A program made the translations under genes and the position numbers. Shown here piece by piece: positions 50,945-61,409 of a stretch of 64,000 nucleotides of DNA (position 1 is its first letter; every line of letters starts with the position of its first letter). The notes under the pieces are model-generated. The model worked only from the letters and a program-made list of their open reading frames with translations, made no database searches and was not told the DNA's origin. This DNA is from Meyerozyma guilliermondii. Taxonomy: Eukaryota. The DNA lies in the NCBI GenBank assembly GCA_051546255.1, contig CP128815.1, positions 682,001 to 746,000 on the forward strand, in the 5' to 3' direction.

Positions 50945-52398
50945 TGTATAGCGGCTGCAAAATCCTGCATAATATAGCCAATAACCCATAATGCGTATAA
51001 TCTCATCGTCAACCTTCCGTACATGCGACTGTCTGCAGTACAAAATGGCGTGCATGAATTGCCTAATTGATACCGATGCAAATACGAGACGCACGCCAAG
51101 CTAAAACCGAAAAGTCCGATGTGAATAGGGTAGATGTAATGCAGCAATGGTAAAATAGCACATACTAATGCAGCCTGAACAAACGCAGCAATTGACAAAT
51201 AAAGGAGAGAAATACCGCGCCTGCAGATAAACATGAAAATTGTAATTCAGTTCTCCGATTACGCCGTAATTGGCCCGTTCGAGCGCTAAATTCTACCAAT
51301 TATCACCACTTGCATCCACCTCTCATAAAGTAAATTCAAAGTAAACTTAAGTCAACCCCACATCATCTCCACACCCCACAGCCTTAATATCTTGCATTAT
51401 CTGGAGCCTGCACACATCTTAATCTCAGACAATCTTAGATGTCAGTATGGGCTCACTTTGATAATGAGCTCATAGCACTTTCTGCGGTGCAATGGATGCC
51501 CCAAGGGACCCAGGGGAGATCTGCAATGCCAGCCTAAGAGTTTTGCATTTGCAGCAGGCTATGATCTTTTCGCATATACTTGCTCAACACGTCTTTCCCC
51601 ACCTTCAACCCCACTGCTGTCCCGCCTTTTAATTTTTTTTTTCCCAACATTTCATTTTTTCTTTCGCGCCTTTCCCGCCCCTGTGACGCGCATCGTACAA
51701 AGCGGTGTGCGATCTCGTCAATAGGGTGAAACAACCATATTCTTTCATGTAAAACGTAACCCAAAAGCTTCCAGATTCTTGTAGTCATATCTTCACAACA
51801 TAAGACATCTGCTGGCGTGTTTTCCCTTGCCAAAATCTCCAACTTCATCCACCAGCACAAACTCAAAATCGGTCGTGGCCCAACCACATCGCCCTAATAG
51901 TGGATGGTTTTACTCACCGAAATGCGGCTGCAGCTGGCACTGCGGCGACCCTGCAGTAGTGGTGGATAGTTTATTTAAGGGGGATATCACTTTTTTTCAC
52001 AAAAGTTTCTCATATTAAACCACTTCCCTTGAAAGTGCTACTAGTGGACCTTTAATTCATTGTTAAGGTTCTATCGTATACCTACGATCCAGCTCTATTA
52101 CTTTTTTCAAATATAGTTGCTGTGACTATAGCCGCTTTCCTTTTTGGGTGTTGGGTATCGGATTCGGAGTAAATCGAAAATTTTTCTATTGTAACTTTTA
52201 GTTGCCTCATTACGTTCGACTCCCTGCAGCAAATCTATTGTGGTATTTAGCTTGCAGTTCGCCTTTTGATTCCAAACCACAAAATTACCTTGTTTCATAT
52301 TTGTGCCCGTGGTCATTTTTTCTGAGTAATCGGATCCTGGTGCTATTTATTTATTTGCACAAACTCCTCAAACAAACGCTGGTCGTTCTGTTAAAATC

Positions 52399-53781
52399 AT
52401 GACTGTAACTATCAACATCAGTTCCAGTGATTCCGAAACATCCTCTGCCACCAAACCAGCCCCTAAAGTGCAAGCCAAGGATGACTCGGCTCTCACCCGT
52501 CCCCATCCGTTGCTAAAGAAAAAATCAGGAGAATTGATTAAATCTTCGTTGAGACTTTCATCATTAACAAAATCAGCATCGGCATCGTCTCTCTTGAGCC
52601 CGACCAAGTCCGTTAGATTCGCTAGCCGGTTGGCAAACATCAAGATGTTTGACGGAACCGACTCCCCCAGCGTGGTTTCCACCACCGAGAACTCCCCCAC
52701 AGGAACACCGCCCGCAGCCGAAGGAGGCGAAAGCTACTTTGACTTACGTTGGGACGACGATGAAAGCGATAGTAACTCGGTTTCGGACGAAGAAGGTGTG
52801 ATTACACCACCAGGACCCACCAAGTACAAGTGGGATTGGTCCAATTTCAGACTGGTAACAAACTTGCATTGCACCGATGGGACGCCCATTTATCTCCTGA
52901 CTTTGCTGCTTTCTGCCGACTCGACTTCGTTGAATGGAATGTTGATGGCAAAGAATATCGCTTTTGAAAAGGCAATCAGTATAAAATTGACTTTTGATGG
53001 ATGGCAGTCCAAACTCATCATCAACAACGTTTCTTACGTGAGGTCGTTTGCAGCAATCAACTATGACCAGTTTCGTTTCTCGATCCCCCTTCAAAACTTA
53101 GCTTCCGTTGTGAATGTGGAGTTTGTGATAAAATACGAGGTGGCGAACCAAACATTTTGGGACAATAACTTGCAGCGCAATTACAAGCTTAAGCTAGTCA
53201 AACAAAAACCTCAAACCAAGGGATTCAATTACAACTTCCCATCCCAATCATTACCTCAGTTTGACGAATTGGTCACCAAATTGAACCTGTACCAAACTGA
53301 AGCAAAAGCCAACCTAGATGACGGCAATTACACATATTTAAAATCCTCACCTTCCAAAACTAGATCTGATTTCCATTCAAGGTATGATTTTAATGCCGAG
53401 TTATCTAAACCTCGAGAATCAAAGAAACCTTCCACTAGCGATAAGATACCAGCACCCGCATTTCAATCGTATCTGTCGCTAATGCCCACCAGACCCCCAT
53501 TAAAGCACTCGTTTTCATCATCTGATATTCCGGAGAAACCAAAATATTCTCAATCATACAAGGCCAGACAGAATGCTTCCACCTCCAAACCCACCACTTC
53601 ACAAGAGGAACCAACCAAATTCAACTCTCAATCGTATGCCAACCTTCTTGAAAAATACTGTTTCTTTGGAGGCGATGAGCAGCCACAAACTTCTCCATTG
53701 TTAACTGCTCCACTTGGCGGCTCGAAAATCGACTCCCCCGCATCTACTTTCCACTTGTTGAGTGATTCCATTCACATCTAA
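52399..53781 (+). CDS. Glycogen-targeting PP1 (Glc7) regulatory subunit with CBM21 (Gac1/Gip2/Pig2 family)
   Basis: KKKSGELIKSSL, KSVRF RVxF motif, KNIAFEKAISIKLTFDGW, FWDNN. Confidence 0.88.
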   Translation: MTVTINISSSDSETSSATKPAPKVQAKDDSALTRPHPLLKKKSGELIKSSLRLSSLTKSASASSLLSPTKSVRFASRLANIKMFDGTDSPSVVSTTENSPTGTPPAAEGGESYFDLRWDDDESDSNSVSDEEGVITPPGPTKYKWDWSNFRLVTNLHCTDGTPIYLLTLLLSADSTSLNGMLMAKNIAFEKAISIKLTFDGWQSKLIINNVSYVRSFAAINYDQFRFSIPLQNLASVVNVEFVIKYEVANQTFWDNNLQRNYKLKLVKQKPQTKGFNYNFPSQSLPQFDELVTKLNLYQTEAKANLDDGNYTYLKSSPSKTRSDFHSRYDFNAELSKPRESKKPSTSDKIPAPAFQSYLSLMPTRPPLKHSFSSSDIPEKPKYSQSYKARQNASTSKPTTSQEEPTKFNSQSYANLLEKYCFFGGDEQPQTSPLLTAPLGGSKIDSPASTFHLLSDSIHI

Positions 53782-53867
53782 CCATCCTGTATTAATAACC
53801 GTTGATTTTCATTTCTGTGCTGGAAAATATATGTATAGAATTTATACTATGTATACACATTTGGTTT

Positions 53868-54665
53868 CTAATTTTGTAGCCATGGCCTACTGTCCCAAAA
53901 ATCGTTCTTGATCAAGTCTATATGATGGACCATGATTGAAGCTTTACCACGCTTCTTTTCATACCTCTGTTTCTGTCGCTGTGACAATTGAGATTCGTCG
54001 ACAGATTCTTGATATTCTCGTACAATGACCGTGCCTTTCTTAAATATTTCTGGTTCATTATTATAGTTGATACCGAACTCTTTGAACAAAATTTCGTTTT
54101 TGTCACTGGAAACCGTTCCTATAAGCCGGTTTTCGGCTTCTTTAGGACTCATTCCACCTTTCAGTACCAATGCCCAAAATGTAGTATTGTACAAATTATT
54201 AATATGACAATCAACTTGGCGCCATCTAAAGTAATCTGATACATGTTCCATGGAAGGATACACAACTGCCCTAGCATCGAATATGGGAAGCCTCTCTAAC
54301 TGAAGTGGCTTTTCAGGAAACTTTGTGTTCCATATATGCTGGTAAGCAGCGGCCATAGTTGCTGCAAATAAAGTGACAATTTTCATCTCTCGCCTCTCAT
54401 AAAGGGAACATTTTTTCCTTAGTAAGAAAGAATACTCATCAGAGTCACCGTATGCCATAACAATGTCAGAAATTTGCTTAAATACATGCAAAGCTGCTTC
54501 GTTCATCACCTCCAAAGCACCAACATCATTTGGTTTTGCAAACTTATAGTAGTCGCTAAACTTATGAAACCCTTTTCCATCGACCCGCACAATGATATAG
54601 GTGTCAGGAAGTAGAAAGTTTTCTCTCTCGAACTGCCTGACATACTCATATCGAGAATTAGCCAT
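53868..54665 (-). CDS. THG1: tRNA-His guanylyltransferase
   Basis: MANSRYEYVRQFE, VRVDGKGFHKFS, DSDEYSF, WRQVDCHINNLYNT. Confidence 0.97.
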   Translation of the reverse strand: MANSRYEYVRQFERENFLLPDTYIIVRVDGKGFHKFSDYYKFAKPNDVGALEVMNEAALHVFKQISDIVMAYGDSDEYSFLLRKKCSLYERREMKIVTLFAATMAAAYQHIWNTKFPEKPLQLERLPIFDARAVVYPSMEHVSDYFRWRQVDCHINNLYNTTFWALVLKGGMSPKEAENRLIGTVSSDKNEILFKEFGINYNNEPEIFKKGTVIVREYQESVDESQLSQRQKQRYEKKRGKASIMVHHIDLIKNDFWDSRPWLQN

Positions 54666-54719
54666 TGTCTTCGAGCACAGTACGATAAGATGGGTCAATA
54701 TACCGCGCTGACGTAAGCG

Positions 54720-54762
54720 GCGATGAGCGATTCATTTTCGCATCATCATCTCAAATTTTTCA
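54720..54762. promoter_or_regulatory. PAC and RRPE elements in the THG1/RPA135 divergent promoter
   Basis: GCGATGAG at 54720-54727; AAATTTTTCA (reverse of TGAAAAATTT) at 54753-54762. Confidence 0.7.
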
Positions 54763-54784
54763 AAGCTACATCATCTCGCTGAAA

Positions 54785-57700
54785 ATGGGGGCCCAGTTCA
54801 GAACCTTAGAACGAGAAAGCAGGTTCAGAAATCCGCCCAAGGATAAATCTGCGTACCCGCTATTAGCCGATGCGGTATCGCCTCATATAGGCTCATTTAA
54901 CGCCTTGACTGAAGGACCTGGCGGTGGCTTGCTCAACTTGGGAGTTCAAGATATTGGCACCAAGACTATTTTCGACTCCAATGACACCGACAGATTGGGT
55001 AACAAGCTCAGTATTAGGGTGGAGTCGGTTCAATTGACGAAGCCAGCTGTTCCAGCAAACGATAAATTGTCGATGAACAGAAGAACATACCCATCGGAAT
55101 GTAGAGAAAGGATGACCAGTTACAGATCTAGATTAATGTTGAAGGTCACATGGTCCGTCAACGATGGCGAGGAGGTTTCCGAAGTTCGTGAGGCCGGTCA
55201 GATTCCTATAATGTTAAAATCAAATCGATGTCATTTGGAAAAGTTATCTCCTGATGAGTTGGTGAAACAAAAAGAAGAGTCCGATGAATTGGGAGGTTAT
55301 TTCATTGTCAATGGTATTGAGAAGTTGATTCGGATGTTGATTGTGCAACGTCGTAACCACCCTATGGCGATCATCCGTCCTTCGTTCGGAAATAGAGGTG
55401 CATCATATACCAAGTTTGGTATTCAAATCAGATGTGTTCGTCCCGACCAAACTTCACAAACTAATGTTTTACACTACTTGAACGACGGTAATGTCACGTT
55501 TAGATTTTCATGGAGAAAGAACGAGTACTTGGTTCCTGTCATGATGATAATGAAGGCATTAGTTGAAACAAGCGACCGTGAAATTTTCGATGGTATAGTC
55601 GGTGCCGACACCTCCAACTCGTTCTTGACCGATCGTTTAGAATTGTTGTTGAGAAGCTACAAAAAGTACAATTTGTACTCGAAACAAGAAACCTTGGCTT
55701 ACTTGGGTGACAAGTTCAGAGTGGTATTCGGTGCTACACCAGACGTTTCTGACATCGAGGTGGGTCAAGAGGTTCTCAAAAGAATTGTATTGGTCCACCT
55801 TGAGGACCCCAAGGACAAATTCCGCATGCTTCTCTTCATGATAAGAAAGCTCTATACCTTGGTTGCCGGCGATTGTAGTCCAGACAATCCCGATGCCACT
55901 CAGCATCAAGAGGTATTGCTCGGAGGATTCTTGTATGGTATGATCATCAAGGAAAAAATCGAAGAGTATTTACAAAGCATCAGACTCCAAATTCTGTCCG
56001 ATATAAACAGAGGTGTTGCTGTCAACTTTAATGATAGGCGGTACATGTCGAGAGTGTTTTTGAGAATCAACGAGAACATTGGTCAAAAGTTGCAGTATTT
56101 CTTATCGACTGGTAATTTAGTTTCTCAATCGGGTCTTGATTTACAACAAGTTTCTGGATACACTGTGGTGGCAGAGAAGATCAATTTCCACAGATTCATT
56201 TCGCATTTCCGAATGGTCCATAGAGGTTCTTTCTTTGCCGAATTGAAGACCACCACTGTGAGAAAATTGCTTCCTGAATCGTGGGGTTTCTTGTGCCCCG
56301 TCCATACCCCAGATGGATCTCCTTGTGGTTTGTTGAACCATTTGGCTCATAAGTGTAAAATTGCTACTGAAGCTTCAGACGTTTCAACTGTACCCGCTGC
56401 TTTGGCCCAGTTGGGTGTGTCTCCTGCCCATGCTTTTGCAGCTGGACCAAACTTGTGCTGTATTCAATTGGATGGAAAAGTGGTTGGATGGGTTACTCAC
56501 GAGCATGGTAAGATTGTTGCTGACACCTTAAGATTCTGGAAAGTTGAAGGCACTCACGGCTTGCCTTTGGACTTGGAAATCGGTTATGTTCCTCCTTCTA
56601 ATCAAGGTCAATACCCAGGTCTTTACATTTTTGGAGGGCATTCCAGAATGATGAGACCCACGAAATACTTACCATTGGACAAGCAGGATATAGTTGGTCC
56701 ATTTGAACAAGTTTACATGGACATTGCTGTCACCCCTCCAGAAATAGAGAACAATGTCCATACCCATGTGGAATTTTCTCCTACAAATGTGTTATCAATT
56801 TTGGCCAATTTGACTCCATTTTCAGACTTTAACCAGTCTCCAAGAAATATGTACCAATGTCAAATGGGTAAGCAAACTATGGGTACTCCTGGTGTGGCCC
56901 TTGCACACAGATCAGACAACAAGTTGTACCGTCTTCAAACCGGACAGACACCTATTGTCAAGGCAAACTTATATGACGATTATGGAATGGATAACTTTCC
57001 AAACGGTACTAATGCCGTTGTCGCGGTTATCTCTTACACTGGTTATGATATGGACGATGCTATGATTATCAATAAGTCTGCAGACGAGAGAGGGTTTGGA
57101 TATGGTACAGTGTACAAGGTTGAGAAGGTGGATCTTTCGCAATCAAGAAGAAGAGGAGATCCTATAACTCAGCATTTTGGATTTGGTGAAGACTCATGGC
57201 CAGAATCCTGGAAAGAAAAGTTGGATAGCGACGGGTTGCCAATTATTGGTGTCAAGGTGGAGGAAGGTGACCCAATTGTAGCATACTTTGACGATACTTT
57301 GGGCAAGACCAAAGTTAAAACATACCATTCCAGTGAACCAGCTTATATCGAAGAGGTCAAATTATTGGGTGATGATTCAGGAAACCAAGAAGGTCAGCAG
57401 ATTACTATCAAGTATAGAGTTACCAGACAGCCATTAATTGGTGATAAGTTTTCTTCCAGACACGGACAGAAGGGTGTTTGTTCAAGAAAATGGCCTCAAG
57501 TCGATATGCCATTCTCAGAATCGGGTATTCAACCTGATGTTATCATCAACCCCCATGCTTTCCCTTCACGTATGACAATTGGAATGTTTGTTGAATCTTT
57601 GGCAGGAAAGGCTGGTGCTCTTCATGGAATTGCACAGGATTCTACCCCATGGATTTTCAGTGAAGACGATACCCCAGCCGACTACTTTGGTGAGCAATTA

Positions 57701-58285
57701 AGACAGGCAGGTTACAACTATCATGGAAATGAACCCATGTACTCTGGAGCCACTGGTGAAGAACTTCGTGCCGATATATATATTGGCTGTGTCTACTACC
57801 AAAGATTGAGACATATGGTGAACGATAAGTTCCAAGTCCGTTCCACTGGACCTGTCAACTCTTTGACAATGCAACCTGTCAAGGGAAGAAAGAGATCGGG
57901 AGGTATTCGTGTGGGAGAGATGGAAAGAGATGCATTGATTGGCCATGGTACATCGTTCTTACTTCAGGACAGATTGCTCAATTGTTCTGACTACACACAA
58001 ACCTCCATCTGTCGTTCATGTGGCTCACTTTTGAACACACAAACATCAGTTCCAAGAGTGGGTTCCGTTGCCAGCGTCAGATGTCGTAGGTGTTCATCCA
58101 AATTTGAAGCTCACGGCAAGAACGATAATGTCAATGATTCCGAAATATGGGAGGACGGACAAGGTAAGAAGTTTGTTGGTGGAGATAACACCACCACCGT
58201 TGCAATTCCATTCGTCTTGAAGTACTTGGACTCGGAGTTGGCAGCTATGGGTATCAAGATGAGATTTAATGTCCACCCCAACTAG
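54785..58285 (+). CDS. RPA135: RNA polymerase I second-largest subunit
   Basis: FRTLERESRF..PPKDKSAYP, CPVHTPDGSPCGLLNH, GDKFSSRHGQKG, GGIRVGEMERD. Confidence 0.99.
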   Translation: MGAQFRTLERESRFRNPPKDKSAYPLLADAVSPHIGSFNALTEGPGGGLLNLGVQDIGTKTIFDSNDTDRLGNKLSIRVESVQLTKPAVPANDKLSMNRRTYPSECRERMTSYRSRLMLKVTWSVNDGEEVSEVREAGQIPIMLKSNRCHLEKLSPDELVKQKEESDELGGYFIVNGIEKLIRMLIVQRRNHPMAIIRPSFGNRGASYTKFGIQIRCVRPDQTSQTNVLHYLNDGNVTFRFSWRKNEYLVPVMMIMKALVETSDREIFDGIVGADTSNSFLTDRLELLLRSYKKYNLYSKQETLAYLGDKFRVVFGATPDVSDIEVGQEVLKRIVLVHLEDPKDKFRMLLFMIRKLYTLVAGDCSPDNPDATQHQEVLLGGFLYGMIIKEKIEEYLQSIRLQILSDINRGVAVNFNDRRYMSRVFLRINENIGQKLQYFLSTGNLVSQSGLDLQQVSGYTVVAEKINFHRFISHFRMVHRGSFFAELKTTTVRKLLPESWGFLCPVHTPDGSPCGLLNHLAHKCKIATEASDVSTVPAALAQLGVSPAHAFAAGPNLCCIQLDGKVVGWVTHEHGKIVADTLRFWKVEGTHGLPLDLEIGYVPPSNQGQYPGLYIFGGHSRMMRPTKYLPLDKQDIVGPFEQVYMDIAVTPPEIENNVHTHVEFSPTNVLSILANLTPFSDFNQSPRNMYQCQMGKQTMGTPGVALAHRSDNKLYRLQTGQTPIVKANLYDDYGMDNFPNGTNAVVAVISYTGYDMDDAMIINKSADERGFGYGTVYKVEKVDLSQSRRRGDPITQHFGFGEDSWPESWKEKLDSDGLPIIGVKVEEGDPIVAYFDDTLGKTKVKTYHSSEPAYIEEVKLLGDDSGNQEGQQITIKYRVTRQPLIGDKFSSRHGQKGVCSRKWPQVDMPFSESGIQPDVIINPHAFPSRMTIGMFVESLAGKAGALHGIAQDSTPWIFSEDDTPADYFGEQLRQAGYNYHGNEPMYSGATGEELRADIYIGCVYYQRLRHMVNDKFQVRSTGPVNSLTMQPVKGRKRSGGIRVGEMERDALIGHGTSFLLQDRLLNCSDYTQTSICRSCGSLLNTQTSVPRVGSVASVRCRRCSSKFEAHGKNDNVNDSEIWEDGQGKKFVGGDNTTTVAIPFVLKYLDSELAAMGIKMRFNVHPN

Positions 58286-58466
58286 ACCTAGAAACCACTT
58301 CAGCTGCACTCTGTAGCATGTTTATATATTGCATAGAGAATAAGGAAATATGTCCTTTACTTTAGAGCACGAACTGTAGTTAGAATCTTGAGACTCACTA
58401 TGGCTTTGTTTCTTCTTGATCTCTTGCAGTTTTTTGTTCGTTTGAAACTTTTCAAAAATTTGATCT

Positions 58467-59147
58467 CTAGACACCCTTGATCTTGACCGTCGTTTTCTTG
58501 GAGTTTTGAGCGATATATCTTGCATTTTGCAAATCGCTCCCATCCGCCCTCTGAGTAGCTTCTTCTTCCGTTTGAGAAATTCCTGCTTCCAAATGCCTTT
58601 TAATTATACGAGCACGAACCAAGTCGGCTGGAGTCTCGATGAACCAAGTTTCGTCAACATAGTCTTCAATTGAGTTCCACCCGGCATCTGGTAGCGAAAC
58701 ATAATTACCTTCGAGAATCACGAATTCGATTTCTGGTCCAATGACAATTGCATTTTCCGTAGGATCCTTTAGTTTGTGATCAAAGGTTGGCGCCGTTATG
58801 GTTTCGTTCTGACGCTCCTTCAAGCTTTTCACAAGCTGAACAAACTTCTCAACATTGTAAGTGAAAGGAGCACCTCTTCTTTCAAAAGCCGTTACTGGGT
58901 CTTCCATTGCAGCCAATTCATGCCGGTACAAATGATAACCATCTTGTCCCAATACTATAGCTTTGTATTTTGTGTTAAGTTCGTCCACTATCCTATGTGC
59001 AAGCGTAGTTTTTCCCGACCCTGGTGCTCCTGCAATTGATACAATTGTTCTTGAGCCTTTCTTGTGCAAATTCACCACTCTTTGAACAAGGTTATTTATA
59101 TCGTTTGCGCTGATTTCCACCGGATCCTGGTTGTGTGTGGGTGCCAT
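58467..59147 (-). CDS. P-loop kinase of the PRK/URK/PanK family (Yfh7-like)
   Basis: IAGAPGSGKTT, QDGYHL, RRGAPFTY, PTFDHKLKDP, ILEGNYV; the only ATG upstream of the P-loop is at 59147. Confidence 0.9.
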   Translation of the reverse strand: MAPTHNQDPVEISANDINNLVQRVVNLHKKGSRTIVSIAGAPGSGKTTLAHRIVDELNTKYKAIVLGQDGYHLYRHELAAMEDPVTAFERRGAPFTYNVEKFVQLVKSLKERQNETITAPTFDHKLKDPTENAIVIGPEIEFVILEGNYVSLPDAGWNSIEDYVDETWFIETPADLVRARIIKRHLEAGISQTEEEATQRADGSDLQNARYIAQNSKKTTVKIKGV

Positions 59148-59157
59148 AGTAGCAATT

Positions 59158-60048
59158 ATGGAGTTGTTTCCTGGTGAATGGAACACTGTAGATTCCTCAA
59201 TTGGTCAATTGATCTGTGGATTTGCGTGCGACTCAGATGACTTTCGCTACTCAATATACTTGTCTGATTTGGATATTTGTTACTACGAGACCCTAGATAA
59301 GGAGCAAATTGTTGCTCGGGCCAAGAGTGAAGGAATTGAAGACTTGAAAGATGCCGATATAAGGTTTTTGCTTTCTGGGTGCAAACAAAGTGTGGATAAG
59401 GAAGATTTGAAAGTTGAGGTTGGTGCGCAAGAGTTGGTAGTTGTCGTTTCGAATCCTGTGGAATGGAAGTTTCGACTCAGGAAAGCTTCCGTTGAAGAGA
59501 ATGCTGCATTTTTCAAGAAACTCAATCGCCAACATTTTCAGAAAGAGGGTCTCTTACTACACCGCATCGAGAAACTACATCAATTGCTCGCTGGTCGTGA
59601 TTACTATATTATGTTCTTGAGCCAAAACCTTAAATCTATAAATGGTGACGAAGTTCTTCGAAAGTTTGAGCGGAATTTCAAAGAACAGAGCGAACTCTTG
59701 CAGTTGAAGAAGGACGATTGGCAAAAATGGTCCGAAGAATCGTATCAGGGCAAAGATGTATGGAATGATATCAAGCGAATCACTAGGTCGCCAACCACAT
59801 CGAAGCAGACGGATACTATGGTCAAAGTAGAACCACAATCTCCTTCACCGGTGCCAAGAATTAAGCAGGAAACTTCATCTTCAGTGGAACTGTCTCCGAT
59901 AAAAAAGGCAAGGTCCATCAAAAAGCTAGGCACATTCAATCTCAAACGAGAAAGAAGTGCCGATGCTGATGAACTAACTTCTAAAGAGCCGTCTCCTAAG
60001 AAGTTTGTCAAACGTCTTGGACAGGTGTCTAAGCGCAAGAAAACCTAA
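59158..60048 (+). CDS. Probable XLF/Nej1-family non-homologous end-joining factor
   Basis: Head-domain pattern YSIYLSDLDICYYETLDKEQIVARAK, VEWKFRL, coiled-coil, then a disordered SP-rich basic tail; first ATG at 59158. Confidence 0.6.
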   Translation: MELFPGEWNTVDSSIGQLICGFACDSDDFRYSIYLSDLDICYYETLDKEQIVARAKSEGIEDLKDADIRFLLSGCKQSVDKEDLKVEVGAQELVVVVSNPVEWKFRLRKASVEENAAFFKKLNRQHFQKEGLLLHRIEKLHQLLAGRDYYIMFLSQNLKSINGDEVLRKFERNFKEQSELLQLKKDDWQKWSEESYQGKDVWNDIKRITRSPTTSKQTDTMVKVEPQSPSPVPRIKQETSSSVELSPIKKARSIKKLGTFNLKRERSADADELTSKEPSPKKFVKRLGQVSKRKKT

Positions 60049-60052
60049 CTCT

Positions 60053-61354
60053 TTAACCCGAATTTTGGGCTAGGTTTCTCCATCTTTGGGTGAGCTGAGC
60101 AAGTGCATTATTCTCCGTCTGGTTCATTTCTTTCTCGTATATGCGTTTGAGAATCTCCAGCCAGAAGCCTACGAACGCTATTAGGTCGGCTTGATTGTGT
60201 GGAACTTCTGCAAACTTGGTATTTTCCTGAACCCGGCTTTTTTGGAAGGAAATCTTGGAACGCTTTAAATATGAGGAAAACACCGGCAACCAGAACAATT
60301 CCAAAACTCGAAGAACGTCATTCAAGTTGCGAATATTGCTTCGTTCGTAGTCTCTTATCAAGTCCAAGTCGTCTCCATAAGCAGTTCGCATACATTTGTC
60401 CACAGCACCAATTGTCAACTTTTGGATCTCTGACAGAATTATGTTTTTGATGTCTTGGTCTGCCTTTACGTGGTTATTCAGTTCCATAGCAACAGGTTCT
60501 GGAGTCTGGCTATGGTTATGCAATTGGTCTAAAAGATCTATGGGCAGTCTGGGCAGCTGCACATTTCTTCTTTGGTTCTCATTCAAGACCATTTCTCCAA
60601 TCAATTTGGCAGTCATCTTCGGCCTATAACTAACAGTGAGAACCTCGTTTGTAAGAGCTTTCATGCAAAGGTTTTTGTCGTTCGAAAGTAGAACAACGAG
60701 TGAGCTAGGATAGGTTTTTTGATAAAAGAGACAACAATCTAGGATCGCATCGTCCTGAGTTGCAAACTTATCAATTACCTGCGACATCTTTTGTCCCACT
60801 ACACTATCACTATTGGTGGCCAATGCTGCGTAAATCCAGTCGTTAGCCCACCGGGCAAGATGGCCCACAGACTTTCCTGATAATTCTCCATCCAAGTCTG
60901 CAATTCTCGTCGATTTTTTCAACCCATCCAATTCCTTAATTGCAGCCATAGGCACGACTACTTTGAGCTTATACTTCAGACCGGTTTTTTTCAAGTCGTC
61001 GAGAATATTTAGATGCGAAAGTAGGAAATTGGTATCTACTACCAAGTATGCGTAGTCAAGTGCTGATGGTGAAACATGTGCATCTTCAAGATCTAGGTCC
61101 ATGACCTCATCTGAGGTCAATCCTTGGTTACGTCGATGTACTACATAGTCTGATATAGCCTCAACTTCCAGAAAATCGTCCATTGGAACCATTTCGATAT
61201 CCTCTGAACTCTTATCGGCTGCCAGATTAACCCTCGATTCTATTGTTTTCAACACATAATTAACAGGTTTCACTGGACGCCGTCGCCCGACAGTAACAGT
61301 CTTGGAGCTCTGCTCGGAGCTCAACCCTCCAAGGGCATATTTGGATGGAAGCAT
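60053..61354 (-). CDS. SWT1: PIN-domain RNA endonuclease Swt1
   Basis: YLVVDTNFLLSHL, VVVPMAAIKELDGLK, ARWANDWIY, DDAILDCCL, VLLSNDKNLC. Confidence 0.9.
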   Translation of the reverse strand: MLPSKYALGGLSSEQSSKTVTVGRRRPVKPVNYVLKTIESRVNLAADKSSEDIEMVPMDDFLEVEAISDYVVHRRNQGLTSDEVMDLDLEDAHVSPSALDYAYLVVDTNFLLSHLNILDDLKKTGLKYKLKVVVPMAAIKELDGLKKSTRIADLDGELSGKSVGHLARWANDWIYAALATNSDSVVGQKMSQVIDKFATQDDAILDCCLFYQKTYPSSLVVLLSNDKNLCMKALTNEVLTVSYRPKMTAKLIGEMVLNENQRRNVQLPRLPIDLLDQLHNHSQTPEPVAMELNNHVKADQDIKNIILSEIQKLTIGAVDKCMRTAYGDDLDLIRDYERSNIRNLNDVLRVLELFWLPVFSSYLKRSKISFQKSRVQENTKFAEVPHNQADLIAFVGFWLEILKRIYEKEMNQTENNALAQLTQRWRNLAQNSG

Positions 61355-61409
61355 GGTGTAGTGGGTTGTAGGTTTTGTGAACTGTGTTGATGCGTATACT
61401 GTATATAAA

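Noticed and set aside
50584..51234. 216-aa minus-strand ORF with a hydrophobic N-terminus
   Set aside because: More than half overlaps GLN4 antisense; no recognisable domain
21395..53781. Possible glycogen gene cluster (GPH1, RIM15, PP1 glycogen-targeting subunit)
   Set aside because: Spread over ~30 kb with many unrelated genes in between
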